Source of the DNA: Candidatus Saccharimonadota bacterium
GTDB lineage: Bacteria > Patescibacteriota > Microgenomatia > UBA1406 > GWC2-37-13
Direction: 5' to 3'
Assembly: GCA_016699265.1 (NCBI GenBank)
Contig: CP064967.1
Span: 120,001-152,000 of the forward strand
DNA length: 32,000 bases
Positions 24,808-32,000 of the stretch are shown here, in pieces. The notes beneath the pieces are model-generated. The model was not told the DNA's origin and did no database searches. It was given only the letters and a program-made list of their open reading frames with translations. The stretch's first letter is position 1; the number at the start of each line of letters is the position of its first letter. Made by a program: the position numbers and the translations under genes.

Positions 24808-26004
24808 TTACCGCATGAAGGTACTCCTTAGTCGTAAATCGGAACTTTCTATAAATTTTTCATACTCATCGGTCATCTTTTCCCATGTGAATTTTTGCTT
24901 TACCGTCTCGAACGCTTTATTTCCCATTATTTTTCTTAATTCTTCGTCCGCTAATAATAAATTCACTTTATCAGCTATAGCTTTACTGTCGCGCGTTTTT
25001 ACTAGTAGACCATTTACTTCATTTTTAATTATTGAGGTAATTCCACCGCTGTGCGTTGCTACGACCGCTTTTTTTGAGGCCATTGCCTCAACTATGACTA
25101 GTCCAAAAGGTTCTTTCCATGTACTTGGAGCCACATATACATCTGCCCGAGCGTAAAATGCCTGAAGACTCATCTGATCTTCTGCCTTTATCCATCCGAG
25201 AATTTTTACGTTTGTGATTTCGTAGTCCTTGATAAGTTTTTCAAGATTTTGTCTTTCTGGTCCGTCTCCGACAATTAAGACCGTACCAAGAATGTTTTTT
25301 GATGCACGAATGAGGTAGTCTACGCCTTTGTACTTCGTCAAGCGTCCAGTAAAAAGGACTACCTTTTTGCCTTCTAAGGCGTATTTTTTATTTATCTTGG
25401 CAATTTCACCACTAAAATCCTTTGTATAATCTGCGAGATCAACTCCACCTAAGATCGTCTTGGTTTTATACGCATATTCATGGCCAAACATATCGAGATA
25501 CCATCGTTTTGTAAAGGCGCTATTAGCTGTAATAAAGCGAGCGACCGCGTTTGCATCGTTGATTAAGCCAATTAATCTACGGTCGCGGCTGAGATAGTGT
25601 AGATCACTACCGTGAGTAGTGATGACGAACTTAATTCCATATAAGATCTTTACGAGACGTGCAACGGCAGGGAGAAAAGCAGTGTGAAACGAATGAACGA
25701 TTTCAGGCTGAAATTCTCGCACAGCCTTTAAGGTAGCATTAACGTATGTTGTATAGATTTCTCCAATTTCAACACCGTTCATATCCTCATACTTTTTCGC
25801 ATTCTTAAGCTCCGGATTTCCGACGAAGACTCCCATCTGTGGAGGTTTTACCGTGTACAGTTTGATACCGTTGAGATTCCGCTTTTCTGGTGCGACAATG
25901 GCTACCGTATGGCCTTTTTTAGCAAGTTGATCAGAAAGTTTACGAAGCCAGCTTCCGCTCCCATTACCCCAAAGTGGGAACATATGGAGAAACATTATGC
26001 GCAT
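24808..26004 (-). CDS. GT4-family glycosyltransferase
   Basis: EPFGLVIVEAMASKKAVVATHSGG..SII.NEVNGLLV. It lies upstream of the second GT4 gene on the same strand. Confidence 0.85.
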   Translation of the reverse strand: MRIMFLHMFPLWGNGSGSWLRKLSDQLAKKGHTVAIVAPEKRNLNGIKLYTVKPPQMGVFVGNPELKNAKKYEDMNGVEIGEIYTTYVNATLKAVREFQPEIVHSFHTAFLPAVARLVKILYGIKFVITTHGSDLHYLSRDRRLIGLINDANAVARFITANSAFTKRWYLDMFGHEYAYKTKTILGGVDLADYTKDFSGEIAKINKKYALEGKKVVLFTGRLTKYKGVDYLIRASKNILGTVLIVGDGPERQNLEKLIKDYEITNVKILGWIKAEDQMSLQAFYARADVYVAPSTWKEPFGLVIVEAMASKKAVVATHSGGITSIIKNEVNGLLVKTRDSKAIADKVNLLLADEELRKIMGNKAFETVKQKFTWEKMTDEYEKFIESSDLRLRSTFMR

Positions 26005-26006
26005 AT

Positions 26007-26534
26007 TTACTGTGTCAGTTGTTTATATACGTTTTCGAATACGGATTGCAACTGCTTATGTTCTTCCTCGGTGAAGTCCTCAAGAGAATATGTTTCACCA
26101 TCTACTTTATTTTCACCTCGATTATCTACTCCAATTCTGATTCGCCAGAACTCATTCGTACCAAGCTCCTCCTCAATAGATAGTATACCATTGTGGAGCT
26201 TTGGACCAGTCCCAAATTGAATTTTGAACTTACCAAATGGAATATCAAGGTCGTCGTGAACGACGTAAAGTTGTGAGGTTGTAATTTCAGGATGCTTTTT
26301 TAGTACCTTCTTAACTACGGTACCCGACGTATTCATAAATGAAAGCGATTTAAGTAACTCGCATTTCTCTCCTTTTATGGTAATCCAGACATACTCTGCC
26401 TTGGCGCTTGCACTACTGGAATAATTAGGGGCTTGATTGACTTGTTTAAGAAAGTCGATAAACATATGACCCGCATTATGTCGATTCTTTTGATACTGAA
26501 ATCCAGGATTCCCCAGACCAATTAATACTTTCAT
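26007..26534 (-). CDS. pth: peptidyl-tRNA hydrolase
   Basis: MKVLIGLGNPG..Y...RHN.G, followed by VVHDDLD.PFGK. Confidence 0.93.
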   Translation of the reverse strand: MKVLIGLGNPGFQYQKNRHNAGHMFIDFLKQVNQAPNYSSSASAKAEYVWITIKGEKCELLKSLSFMNTSGTVVKKVLKKHPEITTSQLYVVHDDLDIPFGKFKIQFGTGPKLHNGILSIEEELGTNEFWRIRIGVDNRGENKVDGETYSLEDFTEEEHKQLQSVFENVYKQLTQ

Positions 26535-26580
26535 ATGGGTATTATATACGTTGCAATTATTTTGAGTATTGCTTAGACTG

Positions 26581-26683
26581 AAAATAGACCCTCAATTTTT
26601 ATTTCTTAATTCTTAATTTTTATTAAATTTTTAAAAAATATTTATTTAATACAAATTACAAAATATAAATTAAAAATTAAACA
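26581..26683. repeat. AT-rich word tract in a divergent promoter region
   Basis: Sequence ctcaatttttatttcttaattcttaatttttattaaatttttaaaaaat.... It contains the shared 12-mer TTAATTTTTATT at 26613-26624. Confidence 0.55.
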
Positions 26684-27574
26684 ATGACCAAATACGTTCC
26701 AGACATTAGCTCTCGAAGATGGGTCATAGTCTCTGCTCAGCGCGCAGCTAGACCAGATCAAAATGGTAAAGAGAAAAGTAAAGGCGAGAAGAAGGTAGTG
26801 TGTGTTTTCTGTCCTGGAAATGAAAAATTAACCTCGGAGGAAGTCTATCGAGTCGGAGAAGGGGAGAGGAATGAAAAAGGATGGAAGGTTCGAGTTATTC
26901 TCAATAAGTTTCCAATTACCGATCTTCATGAAGTTGTGATTCATTCGCCAAGTGATACGGAAGACCTGTTTGAATACTCTCAGTCGCAGGTCGAGTCGAT
27001 TCTTCATGCGTATCGTGATCGATTCAATTTTTATCGCAAACGAGGACAGGTTCTCATTTTCTGCAATCATGGAGAGCATGCCGGTGCCTCTATCAAGCAT
27101 CCACATTCTCAGATCGTTGTGTTGCCTCCCCAGATCAATCTCGACTCCCTAACGAGAGAACCAAAAAATAACCTTGTAGATGAAGATGAAGTGTTTAGCG
27201 TCTACTGTCCAGACTTTTCACAGTGGCCATATGAAGTTTGGATCACGCCAAAGGAAGAGTCGAAGTCGTTTTTCGGTGATATTACCGATAAGGATTTACC
27301 GGAGCTCGCTCGAATTATGAAAAGAACAATAAAACGACTTCATGATCTGTACGATGAAGGTAACTTTCACGTTCCGTTTGGCTATAACTACTATATATCT
27401 CCAAAGGAAAACTGGTATCTTCGCATTATTCCTCGCTTCGTTCATCGTGCGGGATTTGAGTTAGGAACGGGGCTGTCGGTAAATGAAATCGATCCTCTCA
27501 ACGCAGCGCTTGGCTACAAAGGAGTAGATGATAAGGTGAGTAATATTATGAGCAAGCTCAAAAGTAAGATGTGA
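26684..27574 (+). CDS. galT: galactose-1-phosphate uridylyltransferase-like (GalT / HIT branch III) nucleotidyltransferase
   Basis: Zn-site CVFCPGNE, active-site KHPHSQIV (HxHxQ), and a second half-domain with ...RIIPR...AGFE.GTG. At 296 aa it is the short form; sugar and nucleotide specificity are not determinable from sequence. Confidence 0.8.
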   Translation: MTKYVPDISSRRWVIVSAQRAARPDQNGKEKSKGEKKVVCVFCPGNEKLTSEEVYRVGEGERNEKGWKVRVILNKFPITDLHEVVIHSPSDTEDLFEYSQSQVESILHAYRDRFNFYRKRGQVLIFCNHGEHAGASIKHPHSQIVVLPPQINLDSLTREPKNNLVDEDEVFSVYCPDFSQWPYEVWITPKEESKSFFGDITDKDLPELARIMKRTIKRLHDLYDEGNFHVPFGYNYYISPKENWYLRIIPRFVHRAGFELGTGLSVNEIDPLNAALGYKGVDDKVSNIMSKLKSKM

Positions 27575-27576
27575 CT

Positions 27577-27981
27577 TTAGTTCTTAGTTTTTAGTTCTAG
27601 TCTGCGCTCTACGGTCTCCACGGATTTACCACGAGAATCGGTTAGTCTGATCTTGAAGTAAATCTCATCTGAAATATTGACATCGCTCAACGTGGCGAAA
27701 TGCTGCGTATTTGGGAGCTTCATGATTGGTTTAGTTTTCTCGTCGTCGGCTGTTTGGTTTCTGAGAATAATCTCCGAAGTAAACGGAGTAGTGGTGCGAA
27801 AGGTAATGAGTATATAGCGTCCAGACTTGAAGAGGTTAACTTTTTGTATCAATTCAGAAGCTTCGGATCGGTATACGGCGCTTTGGTTGATAGAACTAAC
27901 GCTTAAATAAACCGATCCAGTAAGAAGGGCAATCATGAATATAATAAGTACAGACTGAAGTCGTGGAGGGGCATCTCCCAT
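27577..27981 (-). CDS. hypothetical membrane-anchored protein
   Basis: N-terminal TM helix (VLIIFMIALLTGSVYLSV). An alternative ATG at 27936 forms an ATGA overlap with the stop of the upstream Zn-ribbon gene. Confidence 0.5.
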   Translation of the reverse strand: MGDAPPRLQSVLIIFMIALLTGSVYLSVSSINQSAVYRSEASELIQKVNLFKSGRYILITFRTTTPFTSEIILRNQTADDEKTKPIMKLPNTQHFATLSDVNISDEIYFKIRLTDSRGKSVETVERRLELKTKN

Positions 27982-28355
27982 ACTTTGTAGTAATGTACCT
28001 TTACCTGCTGTGCTTCCTTAAATTTCACAAGCTCAGTAGCCCCTGCAAAAAGACCATTACACAGTTTGCAATGAAAAAGCGTAACGGACCGTGGTAGAGC
28101 CTCAGAGTTTAGAATAGGGAGCATGACGATACCGTCTTTTGGGCACTTCTTCAGTGCAGCGATATGTTCGGGGTTTTCTGTCAGCTTTTTTTCTGCAAGA
28201 TACTGGGCAGATTCTAAGGTGATGCGGTTTACGACATTGTCTGCAAAAAAACTTGCTCCACAGTTTGGACAATGATGAAGTTGATGATCGTCTCTCGTGA
28301 GTGGTAACATCTGCTCTCCGCAGTTTGCGCAGTACATACCATAAGTATGGTACAT
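27933..28355 (-). CDS. double zinc-ribbon protein
   Basis: Two CxxC...CxxC units: CANCG...HCPNCG and CPKDG...CKLCNG. The ATG at 28355 is preferred because the track start at 28406 is a TTG that overlaps the divergent promoter. Confidence 0.6.
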   Translation of the reverse strand: MYHTYGMYCANCGEQMLPLTRDDHQLHHCPNCGASFFADNVVNRITLESAQYLAEKKLTENPEHIAALKKCPKDGIVMLPILNSEALPRSVTLFHCKLCNGLFAGATELVKFKEAQQVKVHYYKVWEMPLHDFSLYLLYS

Positions 28356-28400
28356 CAATCTCAGAGTATCAAGTACGTAGCTATATAAGAATATTTTCTG

Positions 28401-28428
28401 TTGCAAAAGTATGCGAGGTTGTTATAGT
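28401..28428 (+). promoter_or_regulatory. sigma70-like promoter (TTGCAA-16 nt-TATAGT)
   Basis: -35 at 28401-28406 and -10 at 28423-28428, 13 nt before the ATG at 28442. Confidence 0.4.
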
Positions 28429-28441
28429 AAATGTATATACA

Positions 28442-28786
28442 ATGACACATACGCAATTAGACTCTGAATTTTTATCCAAAAAACATTTCGTTGTTCACCA
28501 AATAACGAAAGAATTACTCGAAGCGATTGAAGGTGATTTATTGAGTAGGGACTCAAGTCGTTTACTCGCGACAGAAGTACTGGAAATGAAAGATGCATGG
28601 AAAGATGTAGATGATATTCTCACATTTCTGAAAAAATGTTCTGAAGATTATCCATTCCTTCAAAAGTTAAATGAAAGTTTCCAAAAAAAGATTCAAGAAG
28701 ATCGAGCAGCGTTAACTTTGAGCAAACAAGACGCTCAAAAACTTGAGAACATTCAGCAACAGTTATCAAAGCTTTCGCAAGAATAA
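28442..28786 (+). CDS. hypothetical helical protein (114 aa)
   Basis: The ATG at 28442 follows the promoter-like signal. The sequence is rich in E/K/Q/L with a coiled-coil-like C-terminus (KQDAQKLENIQQQLSKLSQE). This is the first gene of a three-gene operon. Confidence 0.55.
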   Translation: MTHTQLDSEFLSKKHFVVHQITKELLEAIEGDLLSRDSSRLLATEVLEMKDAWKDVDDILTFLKKCSEDYPFLQKLNESFQKKIQEDRAALTLSKQDAQKLENIQQQLSKLSQE

Positions 28787-28790
28787 CTAC

Positions 28791-30632
28791 ATGGCAGAAA
28801 TACCTATTACTCCAGACGTTGCCCGTGACTTGGGAAGAGGACGATTTGGCGAAGCGCCTGTTACGCCAGATGCTAACGTAGATGCAGCTCTACAAAATTT
28901 CCGAAATGGTAAAGCGGAGCAAGCGCTTCTCGAGCTTGCATCCCCAGCTGCGGTACCTCATGATCGAAAAGACGTAAAAGATAGCCTGATAAACAGATAT
29001 AGTACCGAGCGCGATGCAGCTGGAAAAAGAGCAGATCCAGTCGATTCACAGGAACGAAGACGATTAAGAGAGGCTAGAAGCAAGGTCGAAACTTATCGCG
29101 ATTTTCTTGAAAATGGAACCATATCTCCAGCGATCCGGAATGAGGTGCGAGGGTTTTTGACAAGAGCATCCGTTGGATTTCAAGATGCTATCGTTGGCAT
29201 GACTCCTACGCAAGTTGATGCGCTTGTAGACGATCAGATATTGAATGATCCCATCTTTAGATCGAAATTAATCCGGATTTATGGGGAAAGAGCCAATCCG
29301 AGAAAGTCACTACAATCCGAAAAGGAAGTACATGATTTGGAGCTCTCACTAGCTAAATTGGAGTCAAAATTAGTCGGAGAAGTTACGCCAGCTGAAATGA
29401 CCGCTGCAGAAACGGCTAAAACGACTGCCGAAGCAAATCTCGTAGCCTCAGGGGCAAATGTGACGGAGATAACAGGATACCAGGCAGATTTTGACAATCT
29501 CGCTCCTCATGTAAATGAAGCGAGATCAATCTGTACCACTAATAAGTTAGCTCATGATCAAGTTGACGCACAAATAACTACGTTACAAGCCCAGTTAGAC
29601 TCAGGAACTCCCCCTCCCGGTACTCAAGAGTATCAAAGAATATTTAATACTGTGGGAACTCTCAGAACGAACACAGAATTCGCAAATTATAGAGCGGCCA
29701 AATCAACCGTTGATAGATATGAGAATGCGAAGGCCTATCTCGACGCTTTAAATCCGGCTCAGAAAACGGCAGTAAGCGAATTTAGCTCAGCTCAGTCCAA
29801 ACTCAAGGCGCTTAAGGACAAAGCGAGCGGAGCGATGTCGGCCACAGAAAAAGCAGATATTGATGCGCAGATAAAGAATCTAAAAATTGAACTGGCAGAT
29901 GCGAGAGATGTACTCCAAAAAGAAATGATAGATGACTACAGATCTGTTACACATATGGCTGAAGATGTTACGCAGGAAATGCTTGCAGAGGAAATGCAGC
30001 AATTACCCGATTTGTATAGAACCGCAAGAACCGGAGAACAAACGAGAGAACAAGAGCAGCTTGCGTCAGCTGCGGAAAAATTGAATAAAATTTGGAAGGA
30101 TCCGGTGGTAAGGAGGGGAGTAATGAGCTTAGTAACCAATCGGGCGCGAGCGGGCCAGTGGGTGAATGCATGGACACAACAGGGGAATGAAGGAGTCCGT
30201 ACGCAGATGTTGGGAATTCCGAATCCAGATCTAGCGGCGGCCGGCCTTACTCCTGAGGAAATAACTATTTTCCATGCAACTCTTGCTGATCCGAATAGAA
30301 GTCAAGCGTTTCTGAATGAAACAGCGGACGTGGTGGCTTCTCAAGCTCTCGCAGATTTTGTATCATCGGGAGGGAGATTGGGTCGTGTTGAGATGACAGC
30401 TATCACAAGTTCTGCAAAGGGGAGAGATCTTATCTCGCGAGCAATGGCCGATGTTGATGCTCAAAGAGCCGCAAAGAATGCAATGGCAGGTCGTGGTGTA
30501 TTAAAAGGAGTAGACAATATTATTGGAGGGCGCGCATCAGGAGAAAAGCGACATTTCGGACCTGCTCGTATAAGTCTTGCAATTCTATTACTCATATTCG
30601 GAGCTGCGGCGTTCAAAGGCTCTAAGGGCTAA
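28791..30632 (+). CDS. large helical, tail-anchored hypothetical protein (613 aa)
   Basis: The ATG at 28791 lies 4 nt after the previous stop. There is no signal peptide. Long A/E/K/Q/T-rich helical stretches are present. A single C-terminal hydrophobic helix ISLAILLLIFGAAAF is followed by KGSKG and the stop. Confidence 0.6.
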   Translation: MAEIPITPDVARDLGRGRFGEAPVTPDANVDAALQNFRNGKAEQALLELASPAAVPHDRKDVKDSLINRYSTERDAAGKRADPVDSQERRRLREARSKVETYRDFLENGTISPAIRNEVRGFLTRASVGFQDAIVGMTPTQVDALVDDQILNDPIFRSKLIRIYGERANPRKSLQSEKEVHDLELSLAKLESKLVGEVTPAEMTAAETAKTTAEANLVASGANVTEITGYQADFDNLAPHVNEARSICTTNKLAHDQVDAQITTLQAQLDSGTPPPGTQEYQRIFNTVGTLRTNTEFANYRAAKSTVDRYENAKAYLDALNPAQKTAVSEFSSAQSKLKALKDKASGAMSATEKADIDAQIKNLKIELADARDVLQKEMIDDYRSVTHMAEDVTQEMLAEEMQQLPDLYRTARTGEQTREQEQLASAAEKLNKIWKDPVVRRGVMSLVTNRARAGQWVNAWTQQGNEGVRTQMLGIPNPDLAAAGLTPEEITIFHATLADPNRSQAFLNETADVVASQALADFVSSGGRLGRVEMTAITSSAKGRDLISRAMADVDAQRAAKNAMAGRGVLKGVDNIIGGRASGEKRHFGPARISLAILLLIFGAAAFKGSKG

Positions 30633-30636
30633 TGCT

Positions 30637-31014
30637 ATGCCAGATGGATCGGTTGCTACTGAACTCCCACCTATGGGACCACCCGAACTATCGATTCCTC
30701 GAGATGTTTTTGCCCCTGAAGTACTCGATGAGCCTATAAGTCATACGCCACTTGATCCGAATATAACTGGTCCAGAACCTTCAGCTGAGGAAATTCGTGC
30801 AATGATTGAGGCAATGGGACAACATGCGCCTGCTATCGAAGAACCCGTTCGTCAAATTCGCCAAAGACCGGAAAAAAGTAAAGGTAAGATAGGGCAGTTT
30901 TTGGAGCAGCACCATCTTCTCGGAAATGTTCTTAAGATGGGTTTGGCACCGTTAGCAATTTTGTTTGGAGTTTTGTTTGGTGCTTTAAAATCTTCAAAAG
31001 GAGGACAGCACTAA
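30637..31014 (+). CDS. Pro/Glu-rich tail-anchored hypothetical protein (125 aa)
   Basis: The ATG at 30637 lies 4 nt after the previous stop. The C-terminal helix LAPLAILFGVLFGAL is followed by KSSKGGQH, the same anchor architecture as the preceding protein. Confidence 0.55.
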   Translation: MPDGSVATELPPMGPPELSIPRDVFAPEVLDEPISHTPLDPNITGPEPSAEEIRAMIEAMGQHAPAIEEPVRQIRQRPEKSKGKIGQFLEQHHLLGNVLKMGLAPLAILFGVLFGALKSSKGGQH

Positions 31015-31015
31015 G

Positions 31016-31243
31016 TTATTCTTCGACGGTTACACCAAGGAGTCTGTTTACCACTTCTTTTTTGTATCGTCTGTCTCCTCGTGAATTAATGCGAATTGCA
31101 GGAAGCTTTCCCTTCTTTCCCCAGCGTTTAATAGTGAGAGGGGAGACACGTAAAATATCAGCAACTTCGCGGATGGTAAGAAGGTCGGGAAGATCGCTCA
31201 AAGATACTCGATTTGATTTGAGTGGGTTTGACATAGAACGCAT
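31016..31243 (-). CDS. excisionase-family / MerR-like helix-turn-helix DNA-binding protein
   Basis: LLTIREVADILRVSPLTIKRWGKKGKLPAIRI..RGDRRY is the typical HTH_17-type signature. It is convergent, with a 1-nt gap to the 125-aa gene. Confidence 0.75.
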   Translation of the reverse strand: MRSMSNPLKSNRVSLSDLPDLLTIREVADILRVSPLTIKRWGKKGKLPAIRINSRGDRRYKKEVVNRLLGVTVEE

Positions 31244-31384
31244 TATATGGGCGACTTATTTAATTGTCAATCGATAATTTACATTGAAGGCTTCGCAATC
31301 TTCTAAACGAATTAATAACTATTCAATAATTTTTTATTTATAGATTTTTGATTTATTTTGATTCTAAAAAATACGTTTTCTCGC

Positions 31385-31413
31385 TTGACTCGTACCTAAC
31401 AAACATATATATT
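31385..31413 (+). promoter_or_regulatory. sigma70-like promoter (TTGACT-17 nt-TATATT)
   Basis: -35 at 31385-31390 and -10 at 31408-31413, 24 nt upstream of the ATG at 31438. Confidence 0.45.
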
Positions 31414-31437
31414 TTTCAGTATTACAACAATTGATTT

Positions 31438-32000
31438 ATGAGGCCATTTTCTAAAGGATTTGCATTTGTTCCACTCCTTATCGTCTTCTTCCTTCTTGTT
31501 GTATCTGCGGTGACAAGCTATGTGGTAATCAATCAAGGAACGGGTGGTTATTCGAGTCGCGCCGCTGGAAGCTGTCAGTACAATCTTTGTTCTGCGATGG
31601 TGAATTCTAATGGGCAATGTAGGCAAGACGCGCTTAATGCTGGACATTGTATCACTGTCTTGAAAAGTCCTGGAATTTATGGATGTTCACCAAAAAATGA
31701 ATTCATGCAGAGTAATAACGGCATTGCATATTTTTCATGTCCTGCTAGTGCAACCTGTACCAATAACGCTCAATGTTCATCTGGACTGTCTTGTTCGAAC
31801 GGAACATGTCAAACGCCAAAATGCAGTAATGTGGGAAGTGGGGCAAATTGTGGCAATAATGTGTATGGATGTAATTCTTTCGTTTCTTGTTCTTCCGGTT
31901 TAGATTGTTATAAAGGGTCAAACACGGCGGCGACATGTATGAGTCCAGCAGCAGTTTGTAATAAATTTTCCAATACCAGTTCTCAGTATAAAACTTGCTG
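31438..32000 (+). CDS. secreted or membrane-anchored cysteine-rich protein (3' end outside the window)
   Basis: Not in the ORF track because no stop occurs before the window end. My translation is MRPFSKGFAFVPLLIVFFLLVVSAVTSYVV..., then a Cys-dense region with repeated C-SSGL-x-C-x-x-G-x-C units (AQCSSGLSCSNGTC, VSCSSGLDCYKGS). The antisense track ORFs at 31396-31647 and 31745-31936 are judged spurious. Confidence 0.6.
   Translation, partial: MRPFSKGFAFVPLLIVFFLLVVSAVTSYVVINQGTGGYSSRAAGSCQYNLCSAMVNSNGQCRQDALNAGHCITVLKSPGIYGCSPKNEFMQSNNGIAYFSCPASATCTNNAQCSSGLSCSNGTCQTPKCSNVGSGANCGNNVYGCNSFVSCSSGLDCYKGSNTAATCMSPAAVCNKFSNTSSQYKTC

Noticed and set aside
28743-28790. The track start of the 629-aa ORF, which overlaps the preceding gene by 44 nt (and similarly 30577 for the next ORF).
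   Set aside because: Both upstream extensions begin at non-ATG starts inside the previous gene. ATG codons lying 4 nt after each stop (28791 and 30637) give a tidy operon.
30994-31014. The C-terminal ...KGGQH of the 125-aa protein, considered as a Pup-like GGQ tail for the PafA homolog.
   Set aside because: An extra His follows the Gln. The motif directly follows a TM helix, and the gene is 15 kb away in an unrelated operon, so this is most likely coincidence.
31016-31243. The excisionase-type HTH gene, considered as evidence for a prophage or integrative element.
   Set aside because: No integrase, att repeats or phage structural genes are visible in the window. Small HTH_17 proteins also act as stand-alone regulators. 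It is kept only as context for the neighbouring operon.

Overview
This 32-kb window looks like a chromosomal segment of a small, AT-leaning bacterial genome. Hand counts on single 60-nt lines gave about 35-43% GC. Gene content and style suggest a Candidate Phyla Radiation / Patescibacteria (Microgenomates-like) organism; this is inference. The supporting features are a very short F1 epsilon, sortase/PEGA/DUF2207 envelope proteins, paired GT4 glycosyltransferases, many tightly packed hypotheticals, and intergenic AT-rich word tracts combined with a GC-rich palindrome that translates as LPAGRQ. The standard genetic code appears to be in use, since TGA acts as a stop and tRNA-Trp has anticodon CCA.

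Housekeeping content: atpA (3' part)-atpG-atpD-atpC, mreB, rarA, pth, a galT-like gene, a WecG/TagA-type GT26, two GT4 genes, and five tRNAs: Arg-CCT, Leu-CAG, Ser-GCT, Arg-GCG and Trp-CCA.

Unusual content:
1. A divergent four-gene cluster at 9148-15220. It holds a small zincin, an 820-aa protein with a caspase/CHAT-like His...Cys C-terminal domain, a DUF2207 membrane protein and a stand-alone PafA/Dop (Pup-ligase family) homolog. No Pup, proteasome or Mpa gene is visible.
2. A cluster beside the tRNAs at 16760-21061. It holds a two-HKD PLD-superfamily protein, an unknown protein, a HAD phosphatase fused to a CDP-alcohol phosphatidyltransferase signature that lacks the usual membrane domain, and a weakly NTase-like protein.
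3. A GC-richer operon at 28442-31014 encoding helical, tail-anchored proteins, next to an excisionase-type HTH gene.
4. A multiply frameshifted GH18 pseudogene.
5. A glutaredoxin/NrdH-like protein with near-identical 95-bp Pro-rich repeats that contain palindromes.
6. A family of 20-bp perfect palindromes (4 copies). One is embedded in the 3' end of a CDS. Another sits beside a tRNA-Leu 5' fragment and a GIY-YIG gene.

No CRISPR array, rRNA, transposase or integrase was seen.
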